From the IMG/VR virus record IMGVR_UViG_3300012953_000066, positions 1 through 40,891 of that record: a stretch of DNA of 40,891 bases; one strand, written 5' to 3'. Source of the DNA: a virus (lineage: Duplodnaviria > Caudoviricetes). The position numbers and the translations under genes were made by a program. Shown here in pieces: positions 36,773 through 40,891 of the stretch (the first letter of the stretch is position 1; each line of letters begins with the position of its first letter). The notes beneath the pieces are model-generated. The model was given only the letters and a program-made list of their open reading frames with translations. It made no database searches and had not been told where the DNA came from.

Positions 36773-38647
36773 ATGGCAAGATATACTAGCAATAGATTTA
36801 AAGATATTGTAATTGGTCTACCCAATTATAGTGAATTAAAGACGGCTTTACAAGTAGTTGGTAGGGTTGGTATTGGAACAAATAACGCAAAAACACCTTT
36901 ATGGATAGAAGGTAATGCTAATATTGCTGGAATTATTACTGCAACCACATTCAAAAAAGAAGGTGGAACTAATAGTCAATTTTTGATGGCTGATGGTTCG
37001 ATTAATAATTTATCATATCTTACAGCAGAAACATCAACCTTAGATGAGGTATTAGGAAGAGGAAATTCAACTACTAAAAATTTAAATGTTGGTATTATAA
37101 CAGCAACTTCAATAGTTGGAATAGCATCAACTGCTCTTCTTGCAAATACTGCAACTACAGCAGGATATGCAACTACAGCAGGAATATCAACTTATTCTGG
37201 TAGTGCTGGTATTGCTACCTATGCTACTGATGCTGGCATATCAACCTATGCTGGTACTGCTGGTATATCGACAATTTCTCAAGGACTTACTGGTAGTCCA
37301 AGCATTGTTGTAGATCAAATAACTGCCAATAATATTTCTGTAGGACAAACATTAACTTATGAAGATGTAACTAGTGTTGATTCTGTTGGAATGGTTACTG
37401 CTAGAAGTGGTATTCATATTGGACCTATAACTGCTGGAGTTGCAACAGTTACTACAGATGGTGATGCTACATTTATTGGAATTGTTACTGCTAGTTCATT
37501 TACAGGAAATGGTGCAAATGTAACTAATCTTAATTTAGGACAGTCAAGTAATACTGGAACTGTTCCCACTGCAAGACTAGGAACTGGAACAGCAGATAGT
37601 ACGACATTCCTTTCAGGAGATCAAACTTATAAGACTATTGATCTAAGTTCTTTAAATGCAGATAATTTATCTTCAGGAACCATACCAGATGATAGATTTC
37701 CTAGCACTTTACCTGCTATTAGTGGAGCAAATTTAACTGATGTATTAACTACCGATGGTGGTGGTTCAACTGCCAATTTAATAGTTGCTGGAATAAGTAG
37801 TCTAGGGATAGCAACAGCTGGAGATTCAACGCCTGGTAAAACGGATCTTTATTATCATGGAGATTTAAAGCTAAAAACTACTAATGCAGGAGTTCAAGTT
37901 CTTGGAATTATGAGTGCAACAGCTCTTGATTTTACTGGAGCGTCTGGAGCATTTGCTAATGATGTAATATTTCAAGGTTCATCCTATAATTTGATGTGGG
38001 ATAAATCAGCATCAATTTTAAAATTTAATGATGGTGCTAAAGCAGTATTTGGAACTGCTGGTGATGGAACTAGTGATTTACAAATATTCCATAGCGGTAG
38101 TCAAAGTTATATAAATGAAGAAGGAACTGGAGATTTATTCATAACAACTGGTATTGGAACAACTGCTGCAAAGGTAAGTGATGGATCAATAACATTATAT
38201 CATCAAGGAACAGAAAGATTAAAAACTACTTCTTCGGGTGTCACTATTACTGGAGATATTAGTGGAACTATTAGTGGTACTATAAATGGTAACGCTTCTA
38301 CTGCAACTGATTTATCATTCAATGCAACACAACAATTAGTAATACAAACTGGAAATAATGCTACTGAAGCCTTTTCAACTGGTACCGCAGGACAAGTTCT
38401 TCAATCAAATGGATCTGGTAATGCACCTACTTGGGAAGCTGCTGCACCTGCAAATGCTATTGCTGGATTAACTATAAGAAAAGATGATATAATAGTAGGA
38501 ACTGCAAATAGTGTAAGTACTCTCAATTTTGCTGGAACTGGAATAGCAGTTACTTTTACAAATCCATCTGCTGGTATTGCTACTGTTACTGTTTCATCTG
38601 GTGGCGGTTCTGAGGCAAGTTCAGTAATGATGTCCATGATTTTCTAA
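36773..38647 (+). CDS. Tail fibre protein
   Basis: VGIGT, GIITAT, SGTIPDDRFP, DLQIFHSGSQSYI, LKTTSSGVTITG and GQVLQSNGSG..PTW fibre repeats. Ends SVMMSMIF. Confidence 0.8.
   Translation: MARYTSNRFKDIVIGLPNYSELKTALQVVGRVGIGTNNAKTPLWIEGNANIAGIITATTFKKEGGTNSQFLMADGSINNLSYLTAETSTLDEVLGRGNSTTKNLNVGIITATSIVGIASTALLANTATTAGYATTAGISTYSGSAGIATYATDAGISTYAGTAGISTISQGLTGSPSIVVDQITANNISVGQTLTYEDVTSVDSVGMVTARSGIHIGPITAGVATVTTDGDATFIGIVTASSFTGNGANVTNLNLGQSSNTGTVPTARLGTGTADSTTFLSGDQTYKTIDLSSLNADNLSSGTIPDDRFPSTLPAISGANLTDVLTTDGGGSTANLIVAGISSLGIATAGDSTPGKTDLYYHGDLKLKTTNAGVQVLGIMSATALDFTGASGAFANDVIFQGSSYNLMWDKSASILKFNDGAKAVFGTAGDGTSDLQIFHSGSQSYINEEGTGDLFITTGIGTTAAKVSDGSITLYHQGTERLKTTSSGVTITGDISGTISGTINGNASTATDLSFNATQQLVIQTGNNATEAFSTGTAGQVLQSNGSGNAPTWEAAAPANAIAGLTIRKDDIIVGTANSVSTLNFAGTGIAVTFTNPSAGIATVTVSSGGGSEASSVMMSMIF
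37150..37270 (+). repeat. Degenerate in-frame tandem repeats (AGI[S/A]TY..., 9-aa period)
   Basis: ATTAGYATTAGISTYSGSAGIATYATDAGISTYAGTAGIS. tgcaactacagcagga occurs at 37150 and 37168. Confidence 0.85.
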
Positions 38648-38653
38648 TAAATA
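38646..38653 (+). promoter_or_regulatory. Late promoter variant (AATAAATA) followed by a strong RBS AGGAGG (38661-38666)
   Basis: Overlaps the 38647 stop. ATG at 38673. Confidence 0.65.
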
Positions 38654-38672
38654 ACCATACAGGAGGATAATA

Positions 38673-39044
38673 ATGACTGCACCTAATTTAAAAAGTCCAA
38701 CAACTATTACTGGAAAGACAGCATTCCAAACTATTAGTACGACTGATAAAGTATTTGTATTGACGAATTTGCAAGATAGCAATAAAGTTTATAAAGTTAA
38801 TAGTATTTTTGCTGCTAATATAGATGCAGCAAGTGATGCTATTCTAAATGTATCTATTGCAAATACTATTGGTGCAGGAAGCACTTCATATATTGCGAAA
38901 AATTTTACAGTTTTAAATCAAACAACTCAAATTGTATCATCAAAAGAAACTTATTTTTATTTGGAAGAGGGGCATAGAATCGAAGTTCAAGTATCAGTTG
39001 CAAATGATATAGATATTGCTGTTGGATATGAGGAAATAGTATAA
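38673..39044 (+). CDS. Small beta-rich adaptor-like protein (copy 2)
   Basis: MTAPNL...TITGKT, KVYKVNSIFAANID, YFYLEEGHRI...AVGYEEI. TAATG overlap with the next gene. Confidence 0.75.
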   Translation: MTAPNLKSPTTITGKTAFQTISTTDKVFVLTNLQDSNKVYKVNSIFAANIDAASDAILNVSIANTIGAGSTSYIAKNFTVLNQTTQIVSSKETYFYLEEGHRIEVQVSVANDIDIAVGYEEIV

Positions 39045-40867
39045 TGATAGGAAAAAGAGGAGTAATTGGAATAGGAACTCAGAGTTCATCTCTTACTGCT
39101 AGTAGTATGAATTGGGGTTTTTTACCACAACATACTCCTATTGGAATGGTTGATCATAATTCAAGAACGATGCAATATAATGCTATGAGGAGTATTGGTT
39201 CTTGGGAGTTGGTCACTAAGGTAGTTAATCCCATGACGGCTGGAGGTGAGACTGAACCAAAATGTGCAGTTATAAGTTCTGATGGTAACCATTTTTATGT
39301 GTCTAATTACGATAAAGTACAACATTGGAAATTAGAGGTTCCTTACGATTTGAGTACTAAAACGTATTTGTATGAAATTAATTTCGACTCAGGAAGTCGA
39401 GCATTTAGTTCTTTTTCATTTGTTTGGAGTGCTGATGGGACATATTGTACTTTTGGATCAACCAATTATGATGACTTATTTCAATTAAAGACTAAATATC
39501 CATTTTACTTAGCATATCAAACTGGATTACCTAGTGATACTAATTGGTATCAAGTTGCTAGGTTTTCTGGTGATGCTAAAAGTACTAATGTTTATGGTAC
39601 TGGAACTGGTTATGGTACGGATAATGAAGGACTATTCATAAAACCTGATGGAACTAAATTTTATTTAATAGATTATGATGATGATAGGGTAATGCAATGG
39701 ACAATGACTACTCCTTGGGATCCCACAACAAAATCAAGTCCTGTTGAACTTGCTTTCAATTCTTCAAGTATGGATGGAAGTTCTGGTAATATTGAGACAG
39801 TTCCAAGAGATTTATTTTTTTCTCCTGATGGGTCTAAACTTTTCATAACTGGTACTGGTAATGATGATCTCCATAGGATTGATTTGACAACTGCATGGGA
39901 TATTAGTTTGAGTAATTGCACTTATTATGGTGCATGGGTTAAGAGTTCTGAACATTATGGATTTGCTTTTTCACCTGATGGTACAAAATATGCATTTGGA
40001 AATTCATCTGGATATGTTGGAGTTTATGAATTTAGTACTGCTTGGGATGTTACAGGTACTAAGACTTTGGTGGGTAGTTCACAGGTCAGCAGTAGTAGCG
40101 ATTTTACGGGAGTTTCTTGGAATTCTGATGGAACACAATTAGCTGCTGTAGCTACTAATGATAGAGTATATTGGTTAAACTTTGCGACAGGATATGATTG
40201 GAGTTCTAAGACTTTTGGAGATAATTCTTATAGTGGCTACTACTCTTCTACTCAATTACCACAAAAGATGTATTATCTTCGGGGATGTTGTTTTGCTGGA
40301 CCTAATGGTGATGATTACCTATTCATTTTAGATGCTGAGTCTGGTGCTACAAATAGAAAGGGAGTGTATAGAGCAGAAATGTTAACTCCAGGAGATTTAT
40401 ATACTTCTGAAAATGGGTGGCATACAATGGATACAGAAGGTAATGGTGATTTTGACTCTATGCATTGGAGTTCTGATGGTAGACATTTATATATTTGTGA
40501 TGCTAGTGATGATAGAATTCGTCAGTATACAGTAAGATCAGAATTTCCAGCTTATTTTGTAAATTCTCATAGTATAGATTACGTAGGATACCTAGCTGTT
40601 ATGAATGCCCCTAGAGGCGTAGGAATTATGCCAAATGGAAAAGATATGTATGTAGCCACATCAGACGGTGATTATATTAGACACTATAAACTAACAACTC
40701 CTTGGCAAATAAATACTGGGATTAGTGGAACTTATGTTGAAATTATAAGTGGTAATCGTCAGGGTGGTTATCCACGAGATTTAAACATTGATAAAGATGG
40801 GCGATCAATGATTCTCACCGAAGAAACTAATGATGATATATGGGAATGGAGGCAAACATTTGTCTGA
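39044..40867 (+). CDS. Beta-propeller repeat protein (about 10 blades), putative receptor-binding tip
   Basis: Repeated [F/W]-S-x-D-G-T-K-x-[Y/F]...D-x-V-x-Q...T-[P/A]-W-D units. Confidence 0.8.
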   Translation: MIGKRGVIGIGTQSSSLTASSMNWGFLPQHTPIGMVDHNSRTMQYNAMRSIGSWELVTKVVNPMTAGGETEPKCAVISSDGNHFYVSNYDKVQHWKLEVPYDLSTKTYLYEINFDSGSRAFSSFSFVWSADGTYCTFGSTNYDDLFQLKTKYPFYLAYQTGLPSDTNWYQVARFSGDAKSTNVYGTGTGYGTDNEGLFIKPDGTKFYLIDYDDDRVMQWTMTTPWDPTTKSSPVELAFNSSSMDGSSGNIETVPRDLFFSPDGSKLFITGTGNDDLHRIDLTTAWDISLSNCTYYGAWVKSSEHYGFAFSPDGTKYAFGNSSGYVGVYEFSTAWDVTGTKTLVGSSQVSSSSDFTGVSWNSDGTQLAAVATNDRVYWLNFATGYDWSSKTFGDNSYSGYYSSTQLPQKMYYLRGCCFAGPNGDDYLFILDAESGATNRKGVYRAEMLTPGDLYTSENGWHTMDTEGNGDFDSMHWSSDGRHLYICDASDDRIRQYTVRSEFPAYFVNSHSIDYVGYLAVMNAPRGVGIMPNGKDMYVATSDGDYIRHYKLTTPWQINTGISGTYVEIISGNRQGGYPRDLNIDKDGRSMILTEETNDDIWEWRQTFV

Positions 40868-40891
40868 AAACATATATCTTGGTAATCCCAA
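40860..40891 (+). CDS. gp17: Probable start of terminase large subunit gp17 (3'-truncated, TTG start)
   Basis: TTG TCT GAA AAC ATA TAT CTT GGT AAT CCC reads (M)SENIYLGNP, matching the YLGNP N-terminus of cyanophage gp17. GGAGG at 40848-40852 lies 7 nt upstream, and the position fits synteny after gp16. Confidence 0.75.
   Translation, partial: MSENIYLGNP

Larger units (their letters stand above)
1..40891 (+). other. T4-like (cyano)myovirus virion-structure gene cluster from gp6 to the start of gp17
   Basis: Gene order gp6-gp7-gp8-large virion protein-fibre-gp13-gp14-gp15-gp16-island-gp17, all co-oriented, with several TATAAATA-type late promoters. Confidence 0.95.

Noticed and set aside
37150-37270. 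CRISPR-like or non-coding repeat array
   Set aside because: The repeats are degenerate, in frame and lack unique spacers. They encode a fibre peptide repeat.
29276-40867. Invertase/shufflon-type tail fibre switching
   Set aside because: All cassettes are co-oriented, and no recombinase or flanking inverted repeats were recognised.

Overview
AT-rich segment of a T4-like myovirus genome, most consistent with a marine cyanophage (Prochlorococcus/Synechococcus T4-like lineage; inferred from gene content and order, no search run). All credible genes are on the + strand. The late structural cluster runs: baseplate wedge gp6 (5'-truncated), a giant 3964-aa gp7-position protein, gp8, a DUF4815/VrlC-like virion protein interrupted by one in-frame TAA, small virion proteins and a fibre, neck gp13 and gp14, tail terminator gp15 (broken by a 1-nt frameshift), and small terminase gp16. 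An ~11.85-kb island of fibre, adaptor and receptor-binding genes follows. The last 32 nt appear to be the start of gp17 (TTG start, GGAGG RBS), which the ORF track misses. The most interesting signals are: (1) an apparent daisy-chained fibre-adaptor-fibre-adaptor-propeller module with two homologous small adaptors; (2) two paralogous fibres sharing a charged N-terminal region and a conserved NEDPLTP...QQQLSTxGGGG junction; (3) a perfect sigma70 promoter inside a late operon; (4) a GC-rich hairpin abutting a fibre start codon; (5) small domains inserted, sometimes nested, across many structural proteins. No tRNA, rRNA, CRISPR array, reverse transcriptase or recombinase was recognised.
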